Shown: piece after piece, positions 1 through 13,848 of the stretch
Position numbering within the stretch: the stretch's first letter is position 1
How the letters are laid out: each line of letters begins with the position of its first letter
From: the human T2T-CHM13v2.0 reference genome, Homo sapiens
Assembly: GCF_009914755.1 (NCBI RefSeq)
Contig: NC_060933.1
Length of the DNA stretch: 64,000 nt
Reading direction: 5' to 3' (one strand)
Program-made: the position numbers and the translations under genes
The notes under the pieces: generated by a model
Databases searched by the model: none
Seen by the model: only the letters and a program-made list of their open reading frames with translations
What the model was told of the DNA's origin: nothing

Positions 1-729
1 CTAGAATCGGGACCACTCTCTCCCTGAAATTGTAAATAGCTGCAGACTTTTGGGAAATGGAAAAGGGAAGCTGGGTGAGATTGACCTAATATTTACAGCT
101 CTGAGTTCAGACTGCTTATTGCTGATTCTGCTTAGGTCTGGATACCTTGAATTTTCCAGATCTCATCTTTATTTCTCTACAAATGAGGAGAAAAGGAAAA
201 ATTTTTAAACAGGAGCATCTATTGTTACAAGCGCTATGTCAAACACAAATTTTATGTTATTTCATTTTCACCACATTCCTGTTTGGCATCATAACCTCCA
301 TGCCGGTGGTAAAAGTTTTAGACTTACATGGACTAAATAGCTTGCTCAATAAGTGCAGAGCTGGAATTTAAACTCAGATTTCTCTGACTTTAAATCTGCT
401 CATTTCACATCTTGCATCCTCTTCCATAGCAATTACCCGGTAATATCACCTCTCCTCGTTCTCCCTGTGCTGCAGGGACTTAGTGCTTGCCACAGTCCCC
501 AATTCCTATTAGAGGCTAGATTTCTTTCCTTATACTCAATTCTCAGATGTTCTACCCTAAACCCAGATCTTTCTGTTGCTAGTTCAACACTCAGAGTTGG
601 CTAATGGCCTGCACCTTAGATCATGATCAATCATTTGCTTCATTTGTTCTTAGATAGATAACATTTGAGGTTATGTGTAAGGGTTAAGTTTATGTGTCAA
701 TTTGGCTGGGCTAGAAGATACAGTTATTT

Positions 730-2369
730 TGAGAGATGACAGCATGCTGGCAGCCCTTGCTCGCTCTTGGTGCCTCCTCGGCCTCGGCGCCCATTCTGGC
801 CACGCTTGAGCCCTTCAGCCCGCTGCTGCACTGTGGGAGCCCCTCTCTGGGCTGGCCAAGGCCGGATCCAGCTCCCTCTGCTTGCGGGGAGATGTGGAGG
901 GAGAGGCACGGGCGGGAACCAGGGTTGCACGTGGCGCTCATGGGCCAGCGCGAGTTCCAGGTGGGCGTGGGCTTGGCGGGCCCTGCACTTGGAGTGGCCA
1001 GCCAGCACCGCTGGCCCCAGGCAGTTAGGGACTTAGCACCTGGGCCAGCAGCTGTGGAGGGTGCGCCAGGTCCCCCAGCAGTGCTGGCTCACTGGCACTG
1101 CGCTCGAATTCTCGCCGGGCCTCAGCTGCCTCCCCATGGGGCAGGTCTCGGGATCTGCAGCCCGCCATGCCTGAGCCTCCCCACTTGCAGTGGGCTCCTG
1201 CATGGCCCAAGCCTCCCCGAGGAGCACTGCCCCCTGCTCCATGGCGCCCAGTCCCATCGACCACACAAGGGCTGAGGAGTGCAGGTGCACTGCACGGGAC
1301 TGGCAGGCAGCTCCGCCTGCGGCCCCAATGCAGGATCCACCAGGTGAAGCCAGCTGGGCTCCTGAGTCTAGTGGGGACTTGGAGAACCTTTATGTCTAGC
1401 TAAGGGATTGTAAATACACCAATCAGCATTCTGTGTCTAGCTCAAGGTTTGTAAATACACCAATCAGTGCTCTGTGTCTAGCTAATCTAGTGGGGCCTTG
1501 GAGAACCTTTATGTCTAGCTAAAGGATTGTAAATACACCCATCAGCACTCTGTGTCTAGCTTAAGGTTTGTAAATGCACCAATCAGCACTCTATATCTAG
1601 CTAATCTAGTGGGGACTTGGAGAACCTTTATGTCTAGCTAAAGGATTGTAAATACACCAACCAGCACTCTGTGTCTAGATCAAGGTTTGTAAACACACCA
1701 ATAAGCACCCTGCATTTAGCTCAAGGTTTGTAAATGCACCAATCAGTGCTCTGTGTCTAGCTAATCTAGTGAGAACTTGAAGAACTTTTGTGTCTAGCTC
1801 AGGGATTGTAAGCAGACCAATCAGCTCTCTGTAAAACAGACCAATCAGTTCTCTGTAAAATGGACCAATCAACAGGATGTGGGTGGGGCCAGATAAGGGA
1901 ATAAAAGCAGGCTGCCCAAGCAAGCAGTGGCAACCTGCTTGGGTCCCCTTCCACACTGTGGAAGCTTTGTTCTTTTGCTCTTTGCAATAAATCTTGTTGC
2001 TGCTCACTCTTTGGGTCCGCACTGACTTTATGAGCTGTAACACTCACAGCGAAGGTCTGCAGCTTCACTCCTGAGGCCAGCAAGACCACGAACCCACCGG
2101 AAGGAATGAACAACTCCGGAGGGGAGGAACGAACAACTCCAGATGCGCTGCCTTAAGAGCTATAACACTCACTGCGAAGGTCTGCAGCTTCACTCCTGAA
2201 GCCAGTGAGACCACGAACCCACCAGAAGGAAGAAATTCCGAACACATCCGAACATCAGAAGGAAAAAACTCTGGACACACCATCGTTAAGAACTGTAACA
2301 CTCAGCGCGAGGGTCCGCGGCTTCATTCTTGAAGTCAGTGAGACCAAGAACCCACCAATTCCAGACACA
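730..2369 (+). mobile_element. LTR12 (ERV9) solo LTR, long LTR12C/E-like form
   Basis: Begins TGAGAGATGACAGC, ends CCAATTCCAGACACA; GC-rich 5' part, CCAAT tandem array; 4-bp TSD attt/gttt. Confidence 0.95.
1370..1910 (+). promoter_or_regulatory. LTR12 U3 enhancer/promoter: CCAAT (NF-Y) repeat array, GATA motif and AATAAAA TATA-like box
   Basis: About 8 intact CCAAT boxes in ~40-bp subunits with 119-bp higher-order period; AGATAA 1891-1896, AATAAAA 1900-1906. Confidence 0.75.
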
Positions 2370-3479
2370 GTTTACTCAAACACGAATCTAGGTGCTGCAG
2401 TGAATGTCATTAACATATGCAATCAGCTACCTTTAAGTAAAGGAGACTGTCCTTAATGATGTGGCCATGATATAATCAGTTGAAGATCTTAAGAATGAAA
2501 ATTGAGGTTTTCTGAAGAAGTCCTGCCTTAAGACTGCAGTGTCAACTTCCACAATTTCCAGCCTGGTGACCTGCCCTACAGATTTCAGAGTTTCTGCCTG
2601 ACCTGCCCCTTTTGTACTTGTCAGCCAATTGTATGAGCCAATTTCATAAAATAAAATGCTTTATATGTTAATATAATTTTATGTATATAATTTTAATATA
2701 TATAGTTTATAAATAAGTATATACAACGTACAATTAGTTCTGTTGGTTCTGTTTCTCTAGAGAATTCTGACTGGTACAGCATGGAACTTTTATAACATTA
2801 TTTCCCAGTGTCTTATGTATGACATTGACTTTGACCCCATATTCAGACTTCCTATTTTGACCCAGTCAAGACAATCTACATGGACCTCCAGCCGTCTTTG
2901 TTCTGATTAATTGTATGAAGACACATAATGATGCAACCCACTTAGAACTAATGGTATGCTGTCCTGAGATAGCATATGTCTCTGTGTATGTCACATTAAT
3001 TATTGGATTTGATGCCTGTCAAAATAGGCACACTAAAAAATTCAGAGAAAGGGAGGCAGAAGAGACAAACGTCAATGTGCTGATTAGTTAATAGACAGTC
3101 TGTTGATAAACCCATGTTTGAAGCATTTCAGAAAAGTTAAAAGGTCATAAATCTATAAAATTCATCGACCATATCTATGTGGCAGTGATTTGTTTGTGTA
3201 CAAAGAAAACACACTTAACTAGTTTAAGAACCTTAATTGAAGCATCACTCCTCCTTGTTATTCATCATATTTTATGGAAACTCCAAAAACAATTTATAAT
3301 ACATCATTCAATTAAAAAGGTTAATTAATGTAGGTTATCAGCAAAATACTGTCTTGGCGTTAAGAATTATTCATTATATTTTTAGCCTACAAAGCCACTA
3401 GACTCTGCTACATTGTAACCAAATGCTCATTTTCTGTAGATTGTTACAGCAGTGTGTCTTGTGGTTTAACTCCTTCAAT

Positions 3480-3945
3480 CATGCTTTTACACATCAAATA
3501 TTTAGTGGGGACTTTTGTTGTAAACACTGTGCTATGCTCTAGGACTGCAACAACCAGCACAGGAATCTGGGTCTTCCTCTAAGAACTGGGCTAAATGACA
3601 GGTGAGTGTTAAGAAGGTGGATAGAGAGCTTTAGTGGCATGTGAGAGGGCAGCAAAACCCTACACTAGGGGAGTAAAAACTAAGCTAGGAACTAATAGAG
3701 GACTAAGACTGGTGAAGAGGGAGAGATGTTTGCTCTAGGAAGAGAGACACTAACTTTGTGAAGGCCTGAGAATGAGAGAGCTCCTGGTGTGTTCGAGAAA
3801 GAAAGAGATACACCTGGAGCATATAAAGTAGGGAAGGGAGATGGTGGTGGGGAGAGTGAGCAGCAAAAATGAAGTTGAAGACATAATTAGAAACAAAGCT
3901 TTTATAAACCAAAGGAGTGTGGACTTCAGTCTGATGATGATCTAT
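3480..3945 (-). mobile_element. L2 LINE fragment(s)
   Basis: Degenerate L2 3'-end motifs (caaatatttagtg...cactgtgcta; aaggagtgtggactt); boundaries approximate. Confidence 0.5.
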
Positions 3946-3954
3946 ACTCTGGAG

Positions 3955-4097
3955 CCTTGCACCTCAAAGTAGACCAGGAACAACAGTATAGAAGCTTGTT
4001 CTGTGATCACAACCCACCCCAGACTTAGATAATCAGAAGTGGCATTTCATAAGATCCTCAGGTAATTCATATACATATTAACCTTTGAAAAGCACTG
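3955..4097 (+). mobile_element. MER5A/MER5A1 hAT-Charlie MITE
   Basis: Ends aagatcctcaggtaattc...tttgaaaagcactg; 8-bp TSD-like ctctggag/atctagag fits the NTCTAGAN target. Confidence 0.75.
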
Positions 4098-4239
4098 ATC
4101 TAGAGCCACTAGAACAACTTTAATTGGGACACAATAAAAGGGATGCTTCACCTAATTCATCTCTTGCTGTGAGTTCTGCTCCGACATAGAACTTTGTTTC
4201 CCAGGAACTTACCTGGTAGCTGTTGGCTAATTCTCAGAC

Positions 4240-4727
4240 TTCATCTGCTGTCACTCTCTCTTGCTCTCATTCTGTTGTAGTCACACCTGTCCCGGCATGG
4301 GATCCTCTCAGGTTGCTCCTGGATATAGGAAACATGTTTCAGCCTCTGTGACTTTGCCTTCACTCTGGATTCTCCTGTGATAGTTTTGCTTTATATCACT
4401 GAATGGCTTGTTCCCTCACTTCATGCCAGTCTGTGCCCAAATGTCACGTCCTCAGAGAGGCCCCTGAGACCTCCCTATCTAAAATACCTGTGTGGTCTCC
4501 TACTCACCTTTACCTTGCTTAATTTTTATTGTAACCTATATTAGTACACGACATTATTTTATGCAGTTTTATTTTTTCTAAATACTGTAGTTGCTTATTT
4601 GTTTGTTATTGTTGAACTCTACTACTACAATAGAAGTCTTGTGAAGGCAGGGAGTTTTCTCTCATGTTTATGGCTATCTTGCCAGCAGCTAGTTACTCAA
4701 TAGATATTTGTAGAATGAATGGATGAT
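4240..4727 (+). mobile_element. L2 3' end (L2a-like)
   Basis: aaatgtcacgtcctcagagagg, gaaggcaggga and tail ctcaatagatatttgtagaatgaatggatg. Confidence 0.75.
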
Positions 4728-5149
4728 TGAATTAGTTAAAGGATTAGTTAGAAAGAAACATCAAATGCATAAAGCTTGGAGCTGTCTACCACTGACCACC
4801 ACCCTCCACCACACACACATTCACTCTGTAGTGCAATTAAACTAAAGCTTCTGAAGTCTAACAGCACAGCAGGACCTCGCCCCAGATTGATCTAATTTCC
4901 TGCCAGAAGAAATTTTCTGACATTCAACAAGTATTGCAGAAATCTTGGTATTAAGGCAAATTTCCATATTTATTGGAAGATCTAGGGATTTTAGGGTCAA
5001 GAATAACTGACAAGTCTTAGAGAATAGCAAGAGAAAGTTTTGTGTGGTGGTGGTATGGAGCTTTAAGGAGTTGGATGGGCTATGAGAAGCATTTTATAAT
5101 TTGCCAAGAGATAGTTTACAGTTTAACATTTCCCCCCCCATCGCCAAAT

Positions 5150-5285
5150 TTCAATAATCTAACACTCAAAAGACTTTGTGTTCGTGTATCAGGTGCACAA
5201 CAGCTTCCTGTGGGTAGTGGTCACTGTATTGGGCAAGCTCAGAATGATAGGATATTTCCATCATCGCAGACAGCACTCTTTCAGA
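5150..5285 (+). mobile_element. MER3-like hAT fragment
   Basis: tagtggtcactgtattgggca...atatttccatcatcgcaga resembles the MER3 end. Confidence 0.55.
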
Positions 5286-6920
5286 CTTTTTTCATCAAGT
5301 ACTGTAGATATCCTGGGGTGGGATGTTTTAAAGAACTTAATGAAAATAATCTGAATGTTTATAGCAGTGGAGGCAGGAAGGTACCAGTGTGTCTGCTGAA
5401 TTTGTGAGAGCGTTCAACATCTTTCACAGTACTGGTATGAAAGTCCCTACAATGTCAGTGCTACCGACTTTCAGTGAAGGAAAGAGTCAGAGAAGGACTG
5501 ACATGTCTGAGAATATGGGAATGTTCTACGTGTCTCCAACACTGGATGGTAGAGATGCACTCGCTGTGCAGCATAGAAGAGCATGCCTCCAGTGTCTGTA
5601 GATCTGAATTTCTAAACCATTCACTGGGGAGACACAAGTGTGTCAGCTGTGCTAGATGAGGTTCTGACAGTGGGGAGAGGGTATTCAATGAGATGAGACG
5701 AGTACTGGTCGTTGAAGGAAGAGAGTCAGCCTTACCTAGGCCTCTGAGGGTTTTTTGTGTTTTGTTTTTGTTTTTGGTTGTTGTTTTTGTTCTTTTAACA
5801 TGAAAATAGTTTAAATTCATGATCTCTAAGATTCTTTTCTGCCCTCATAGCCTGGTTTCAAGAGCTAGCCTGCCTGCACCTCTCAGGTATTCCCATGTCT
5901 ATGCCCATTAGTGAACTTCTTAAGATAAATGCAAAGTAGTTATATTCAAGATATTTGGATAATGCAGAACTAAATATTTAAATCAGCATCTTCAAAAAAA
6001 ATAACTTCCAAAAATTATATATTGTTAAACAAAAAACAATTTAGTTTTAAGAAGTTAGCCTTTCCACATGTAAGGAACTTGGAAGTCATCAATTTCTCCT
6101 AACAAATAAAAGTGAACAGACTGAAAAAATCAACAACTCTTCTTGGATCCATAAGAAAGGTGAGAACACAGGGTAAATCACTGCCCCCAAGATTGGAGAG
6201 GGACAGACAGGCAAATATAGAGTCATGACTTACCGGAGAAGAAACTCGAGAGTGGAAACTGCCGCAGGAACCAGTGCTGGGGTAGGAAAACCTGAACTGT
6301 AATTGGCAAATTGCTGGAGGGTCATTGTGAAAAGTCAGAGAGTTAAAAACTCCAAGGGGATCTAGTCATAGGGGTCTCCCCATACTTTGGTTTTATCTCC
6401 AGGAGCTCTATCAGGGCTCTCACAGTAAATATTAGGGGAAAATCCCTTTGTGCTTCCAGCAGAGGGAGGGAAAAAGCAACCATTTTGAAATACACCAAAG
6501 CACTCAGCTCTTAACAATGTCTGCTCTCAGGAGAAACTATTTAACCAGAGCTTAACCTACTGGGGTTTTATCGGACCCTAACTTACCTGGGGAAGAGAAA
6601 TGCCCAATTCCACCCAACTCAGCTATCCTGTCCCACCTAAATGGGAAGGAACTGAACGGCACTTGTGGAGATCACAGTCCAGAGGCATAGGCTTGCTAAA
6701 AATAAAAGACTGAGACCTAATGATAGGGCCAGAGAACGCCTCCTCTTCCCCCACACCTTATCACTGCATTACTAAGGCTCATTTACAACCATTCATTTTA
6801 CTCAATACATTATGTCCAGCTATCAAGAGAAAAAAAAAGGCATACTAAAGGCAAAAAATAAAATGTGAAGAGGCAGAGCAAGCCTTAGAACTAAACATCA
6901 TAGAAATGTTGGAATGATCA

Positions 6921-7619
6921 CATTAGAGTAGGTAGTTAGGCACACATGAGCAGAGCAGGAAAGGCCCCCACCCAGGAATGTCAGGTGACCCTCAGGTGAT
7001 CATCAGGTTGTTTTTTAACCATCTCTCTAAAATAAGAATTGGTAACAGCCAGTGCCCAGGAAAGGCAGTCTCTCAAAAGATAGAAAACATCTGAAGCTAG
7101 TGATCAGCAGCTTCCCAATAAGATCTCAGGAGTTGGGTGAGTGGGCTTAAGCGTGCACACTAAGAGGCAAAATAGTGGCATTTAACTGGTATGTGACCTT
7201 CCTCTAGGAAGGCTCGACTGGTAAGGGAAAAAGGCCTCAAGTGAGCATGGACACAACTGCAGTAAATACACTGTGCATGCGGCCCCTCCCAAGTGCTGGC
7301 AGGCCACTGTGCATGCAGACAGCCCATCCCAAGAGAAAAATCAAGGCAGGAGAAATGGAAATCCTGGAACTATGGTATAAAACCCCAAATCAAGGGCCAG
7401 ATGGGGCACTTGGATCTCCCAAGTCACCCACTTGGCCCTCTTCCAAGTGTACCTTGCTTCCTTTTGTTCTTGCTGTAAAACCTTTTAATAAACTTTCATT
7501 GCTGCTCCAAAGCTTGCCTCAGTCTCTCACTCTGCCTTATGCCTCTCAGCTGAATTCTTTCCTCCAAGGGGGCAAGGATAAAGTTTGCTGCAGATCCATC
7601 GGATTCACCACTGGTAACA
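6921..7619 (+). mobile_element. MER50 (ERV1) solo LTR
   Basis: Starts (ca)ttagagtaggtagttagg, ends ccactggtaaca; perfect 4-bp TSD ATCA (6917-6920 / 7620-7623). Confidence 0.85.
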
Positions 7620-7840
7620 ATCAGACTGGGAATTTAAAACAACAATGATTAGTATGCTAAGGGCTCCAATGGATAAAATAGACAGCATGCAAGAACAGAC
7701 AGGCAATGTTAACAGAGAATTGGAAATCCTAAGAAAGAACCAAAAAGAAATGCTGGAGATCAAAAACTTTGTAACAGAAATGAAGAATGCCTTTGACGGG
7801 CTATTAGTAGATTGGACACAGCTGAGAAAAGAATATCTAA

Positions 7841-7928
7841 TCTCTCTCTCTATATATATACACATATCTATCTATATATATACACACATATATATGTGTG
7901 TCTATCTATCTATCTATCTATATATATA
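7841..7928. repeat. Compound (TC)/(TA)/(TCTA) microsatellite
   Basis: Seen directly. Confidence 0.9.
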
Positions 7929-8827
7929 AAATAGAAACCTCCAAAACTGAAAGGCAAAGAGAACAGAGACTGAATGGCATAGAACAGAATATCTAAGAAC
8001 TGTAGAACAACTCCAGGTGTAAGTAGCATGCACATAATAGAAATACCAGAAGGAGAAGAAAAGAACCGAGGAAATATTTGAAAGAGTAATGATTGAGAAT
8101 TTTCTCAAAGTAATATCAGACACAAAGCCATAGATCCAGAAAGTTCGGGGAACGCCTGCAAGATAAGTGACCCAAAAAACCACACCTGGGCATATGAATT
8201 TTAAATTACAGAAAATCAAATATAAAGAAAATGTCCTTAAGCCAGAAGGAAAAAAAAAAAAAACCCACCTTACCTCTAGAACAGATATAAGGATTACATC
8301 TGATTTCTTCTTAGAAACCATGCAAGCAAGAAGAGAGTGGAATAAAATATTTAAAGTATTGTGAGGAAAAAAACCCCCACCAGCCTAAAGTTCTGCACTC
8401 TGTAAAATTGTCCTTCAAAGGTGAAAGAGAAACAAAGAAGTTTTGTTTTTTTTGGACAAATTGAGATAACTTGTTGTCAGTAGATCTTTCTTGCAAGAAG
8501 TGTTAAAAGTAGTTCTTTAGAGAAAAGGTCAATATAGGTCAGAAATACAGATCTTCACAAAGAAAGGAATAGTATCAAAAAGGTAGTAAGTGAAGGTAAA
8601 ATACAGCTGTTTATTTTTATTGTTTTTCTTTTTCTAGCTTTATTGAAATATGGTTGGCAAATAAAAATTGTATATATTTAAGGTGTACAAAGTAATGTTT
8701 TGATACACATATGCATTGTGAAATGATTACCAGAATCGAGCTAATTAACATATCCATCACCTCACATAGTTACCATTTAGGGGGATGTGTGGTGAGAATA
8801 CTTAAGATCTACTCTCTTAGCAAATTT

Positions 8828-9265
<438 letters not shown>

Positions 9266-10550
9266 TGTACAATATATTATTATTAACCATAGTTACCATT
9301 CTGGTACACTAGGTCTCCAGAATTTATTCATCTTATAACTTAAAGTTTGTACCCTTTGACGAACATTTTCCCATTTCCCTAGGCCCAGCTTCTGACAATC
9401 ATCATTCTATTCTCTGTTTCTATGAGTTCTGTTTTTTTATATTCCACATATAAGTGAGATCATGCAGTATTTGTCTAATACAAATTACAACTTGTGTAGG
9501 ATGGCTAGGGTAATCTCTCTCTTGCTGTCCACCTCATATCTAAATATTTCACTCAGGACGCACAATAGAACCAGGAAGATAATGCTCTGGGAAACACCCC
9601 TAACATAGGTAACGTTATGAACCATCTTCATGTGCCTTTTTCAATTCCTCCTTCAATTCTTTAATTCCACTTTCTGCCCTGCGCATTTACAGCTCAAGGC
9701 TGCCTACTTCTCTTTGTGTATTCAGCGCGCTATTTAATCATGGACCTAAAAGCTGAGACTTTTTTTTTTTGTCCTTAAACACGATAACTTGTACCCTTTA
9801 GGCTCAATTGACTTCTGGTGTCTCTAGGTAATTACCCTGCCAGACTCGACTGTGGCTTGTGATAGCAAGCTAGTATTGACCTAAAGGGACGCAGCTTTAG
9901 CAGGACCCGTGGGAGGAAGGACGGCTGCTGGAGACAGACCTCAGTTTTGGCACAGAAGCATGAAGACAGTCTTTTACCTAGGCTTCAGTTTATTATATTC
10001 CATATCTAAGCAAACATCCTCGTTTTTGTCATTGCATTTGAGTCTTTCCCAAGAATCCCTTGGCAACACATACGTAAATCTACTCTTAGGTTTGGTCATT
10101 TCTGTTCCTACCTATACTTTTGTCTGATCTGGTGTTGATTCTTAGTAAACTCTTGCAGAGTATAATTTTATGTCTAAGTTCTGAGGGTAATTTACCCATT
10201 TCACAATCAACAAATATTTAAGGGGCTTCTACTTTGCTAGCCATTTTACTAAACAAAAAAAGAATATGCAACAGTTAAGAGAAAAACATATACTTGCTAA
10301 CAAGTCATTACAATGCACTTTGAAAAGTCCTTTAGGACATCCTGATGTAAGCACTAAAATTCACTGATTCTAACAAGCATCAGAGCTTTTCAATGATGCG
10401 ATTTGTAGCTTCCTAATGTAGTGTGTGATATAAAGGCAAGTGTTAGGGGTTCCCAGAGAATATACAAAGGTAGTCTAAGAAGTGTATTTTTCAATAATTT
10501 CTAGAAGACCCTAGGGCCTTCAGCATTCTATAAAATTGAAGTATGCCACT

Positions 10551-10978
10551 TGCTGTGGTTTGAATTTTTTTTTCCAAAAAACTCATGTTAAAATGTAATC
10601 CCCAATGTGGCAGTATTGACAGGGCCTTTAAGAGGTGATTGGGTTGTGACGACTCTACCCTCATGAATGAATTAATCTATTCACGGATTAAAGGATCAAT
10701 AAGTTAATGGATTAATGTATTATCACAAGGAGTGGGACTGGTAATTTTATAAGAAGAGGAAGAGAGACCTGAGTTAGCACACTAAGTCTCCCTTCCATTT
10801 GATGCCCTGAGCCACCTAGGGACTCTGTAGAGAGTCCCCACCGGCTAGAAGATCCATACCAGATGTGGCCCCCTCAACCTTGGACTTCTCAGCCTTTGGA
10901 AGATATAAATTCCTTTTTCAAAATAAATTACCCAGTTTTAAGTATTCTATTATAAGCAAGAGAAAAGAGACTAAGACG
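10551..10978 (+). mobile_element. MST (MSTC-like) MaLR solo LTR
   Basis: tgctgtggtttgaa ... gactaagacg; 5-bp TSD ccact/ccatt. Confidence 0.85.
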
Positions 10979-11220
10979 CCATTAGTAGGAAATAAATACA
11001 TCTAAATTTGTTTATGTTGTTTTTCTTTAGTTATCTAAATCTTCAAGGTAGCTTTAAGTACTGTACACTTAAGAAATAGCTTTGTGCTCTTGCAAATATG
11101 AACTTGCTTAGAGTTCCTTTGTCCTGGTAGAACATGCTGATACAGTGATTAAAATCCTGCTGTTCTTCTGACAGTCCTTTGTGAAATCATAAAATATTTA
11201 AGATTGTTTCATGTATATAA

Positions 11221-11563
11221 CAAGTTGAACATTCCTAATCCAAAAATCCAAAATCCTGAATGCTCCTACATCTGAAACTTTTTGAGCACCAACATGATGC
11301 CACAAGAAGAAATTGCCACACCTGACCTCATGTGACAAGTCAGAGTCAAAATGCAGTCAAAACTTTGTTTCGTGCAAAAGATTGTTTAAAACATTGTATA
11401 AAATTACCTTCAGGCTCTGTGTGTAAATGAATTTCATGTTTAGACTTGAGTCCCATCCCCAAGATAATCTTATATTTATGCAAATATAGCAAAAACCAAA
11501 AACCTCTGAAATCCAAAACACTTCTGGTAGTCCCAAGCATTTGGGATAGGGATGTGTAATCTG
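11221..11563 (+). mobile_element. Tigger4b-like (Zombi) DNA transposon
   Basis: caagttgaacattcctaatccaaaaatcc ... gtcccaagcatttgggatagggatgtgtaatctg. Confidence 0.8.
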
Positions 11564-11869
11564 TATAATAATTTTTCTTAAACAAAGTAAATTGCTCTGA
11601 GCAGGTCATATATGGAGCCCAATCCTCTTCAAAAATATTAGCAAAAAACTTTTTAAGGACAGAATGTCTACCTATCCCACCACTTCCTATTAAAATAACA
11701 TGCCTACATATTATTTTAGGCATGCATTTCCTGTTATACAATGTTATGAGTTTTATTATATTCTGAAATATAATTGTGTCTTACTGGGGATGCCAGACTC
11801 CTGGGGGAACAGTTATACTTGTATGCATTTAAAATGCATATTTACATACTTATAAATTGTATTTTATGG

Positions 11870-12188
11870 TATTCTCTTACTCCGCTTTGTGCTACTATAA
11901 CAAAATACCTGACACGGAGTAATTTATAAAGAACAGAGATCTATTTCTTACAGTTCTGGAGGCTGTAAAGCCCAAGGTCAAGGGAACTGCATCTGGCAAG
12001 CATCTTGTTGCTGTGTCATACCATGGCAGAAGGAATAATATGGTAAGAGCACAAGAAAGAGAGCAAGAAAGGACAGAGACCTCATGACCTAATTACCTCT
12101 TAAAAGTCCCACCTCTCTACACTGTTGCACCAGGGATTAAGTTTCCAACAGATGAACTTGGAGGGACACACTCAAAATCATAATAGCA
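11870..12188 (-). mobile_element. MST (MSTD-like) MaLR LTR
   Basis: gtgctactataacaaaatacctga...gtaatttataaagaacaga...acagttctggaggctg. Confidence 0.75.
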
Positions 12189-12429
12189 TTGTCTCTTACT
12201 TAGGCTGTATATGTACAGCTATATGTACAGCTTGTGTAGTTTTATTCATTCTTCTTGTTGATCTGTACAAATGTGTTTTTGTAGAACACATTGGGAAATT
12301 CAGATTAACATGGCTGCCATTATTTCACATGAACCTAAAAGATGTAGATTAATTTTATTTTTACTATGAAATTTAAACCTGAAGATGTAATAATCCAATT
12401 TCCCAAGCAACTTTGCTAACTGATGTTTA

Positions 12430-12635
12430 TGTTGTAGTGAAAAAATAATGAAGCTTTGGTGTCAGCCATTACCTGGACTAATATCCCATCTATATTACTT
12501 ACTGTCTCTGTAAGCTTAACTTCATGTCTTCATGTATAAAAGGAAAATAATTATCCAAAAGGCTACTGTTAAAGCTCAATATATTTAATATAATAAATAT
12601 AATGCACTTAAACAGTGCATGCCACTATAGGATAT
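12430..12635 (+). mobile_element. MIR
   Basis: Degenerate MIR core (acttactgtct...cttaacttc...tcttcatgtataaaagg). Confidence 0.5.
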
Positions 12636-13443
12636 TTCCTTTTTTATTTAGAAAGCACAGACTTAATAATAAATGTACCTGCTAAGTTAAATCATAAAAA
12701 GATAGCTATAATGAGCTAGGGAAATTGATTTAAAAAGTTAAATCAATATCTGTCATTATACACATCTACCATTATTCATGAAGAAGGCCTTGTCACTTTA
12801 GCTACACTTGTAATAGAGGTCATTTTATTGATGTAACATATGGCTACCAGGTAGATTAAGATATTTATTCATCTGTTTTTGATGAAAGGAACAATCATGA
12901 TGGCAGATTAGAATATTATGGGAAAACATGTCCTTGCTCTAGTGAGTGGTCTTCTTGAAATTACTTTTCAAATTTATTGTTGTTCAATTACAGTAGTTCT
13001 CCTATTCTCAAAGTCTGACATGAAATATACTATCAAATAAGAATATTCACAAGTACATAAGTAATAAGATAGTAGCAAACAGAGAGAAAAATCATGTTTT
13101 GTCCTTCAGAATCCTTCAAGATTCAATGCTTTCCCAGCAGTTTCAACTTTAAGAATTAACATTTCCCTCCTCTTATTGCATTAACAACATTAAGTCAAAT
13201 CAAAAGAGAAGAAAAGCATCACACTCCCAGCAGCTCAGTAAATCAAGTGGTTTACCTGTTTCCTTTCCTTGGAAATAAGTATGTATATTTTCAGGGTTTT
13301 AAGTGCAGAGATTGTGTCATAAGCTCATGTTTTTTAGTTTTTCTTTACAAAATGGTTCCTAAACACACTCCAATTAGCATGATATAAACAATGGAATATA
13401 CACAGACAAAGATTGAAAGAGAGCTGCAAAATTGTTTAGGAAG

Positions 13444-13798
13444 TGTATTAGTCTGTTCTTATGCTCCTAAAAAAGACTGGGTAATTTATAAAGGAAAGAG
13501 GTTTAATTGACTCACAGTTCCACATGGCTAGGGAGGCCTCACAATCATGGAGGAAGGTGAATGAGGAGCAAAGTCACATCTTACATGGCAGCAGGCAAAA
13601 GACAGCATGTGAAGGGGAACTCCCCTTTATAAAACAATCAGATCTTGTGAGACTTATTCACAGCCACAAGAACAGCATGGGAATGATCCAACCCCATGAT
13701 TCAATTACCTCCCACTGAGTCCCTCTCAAAACAGGTGGGAATTATGGCAGCTACAGTTCAAGATGAGATTTGGGTGGGGACACAGCCAGACCATATCA
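13444..13798 (-). mobile_element. THE1 (THE1C-like) MaLR solo LTR
   Basis: tgtattagtc ... ccatatca; perfect 5-bp TSD GGAAG. Confidence 0.92.
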
Positions 13799-13848
13799 GG
13801 AAGATGTAATGATGACTGATTTCACCCTCCCTTTTCCATTTTCCCCCC

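Larger units (their letters stand above)
676..2778 (+). mobile_element. MLT2-type (ERVL) solo LTR, probably MLT2D, split by an LTR12 insertion
   Basis: 5' end tgtaagggttaagtttatgtgtcaatttggctgggct and 3' end ttggttctgtttctctagagaattctgactggtaca match MLT2 termini; sequence resumes after 2369. Confidence 0.8.
6060..8622 (+). mobile_element. Old L1 (L1M-type) 5' UTR plus ORF1 relic, interrupted by MER50 and a microsatellite
   Basis: ORF1p-like remnants at 7645 (EILRKNQKEMLEIKN...EMKNAFDGL) and 8167 (IRITSDF...ETMQARREWNKIFKVL). Confidence 0.8.

Noticed and set aside
711-2456. Many overlapping ORFs up to 179 aa
   Set aside because: All lie in the GC-rich LTR12; stop-poor by composition, no recognisable protein
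5042-5820. Cluster of 60-120-aa ORFs
   Set aside because: No recognisable protein; partly overlaps a MER3-like fragment and a GTTTT low-complexity tract
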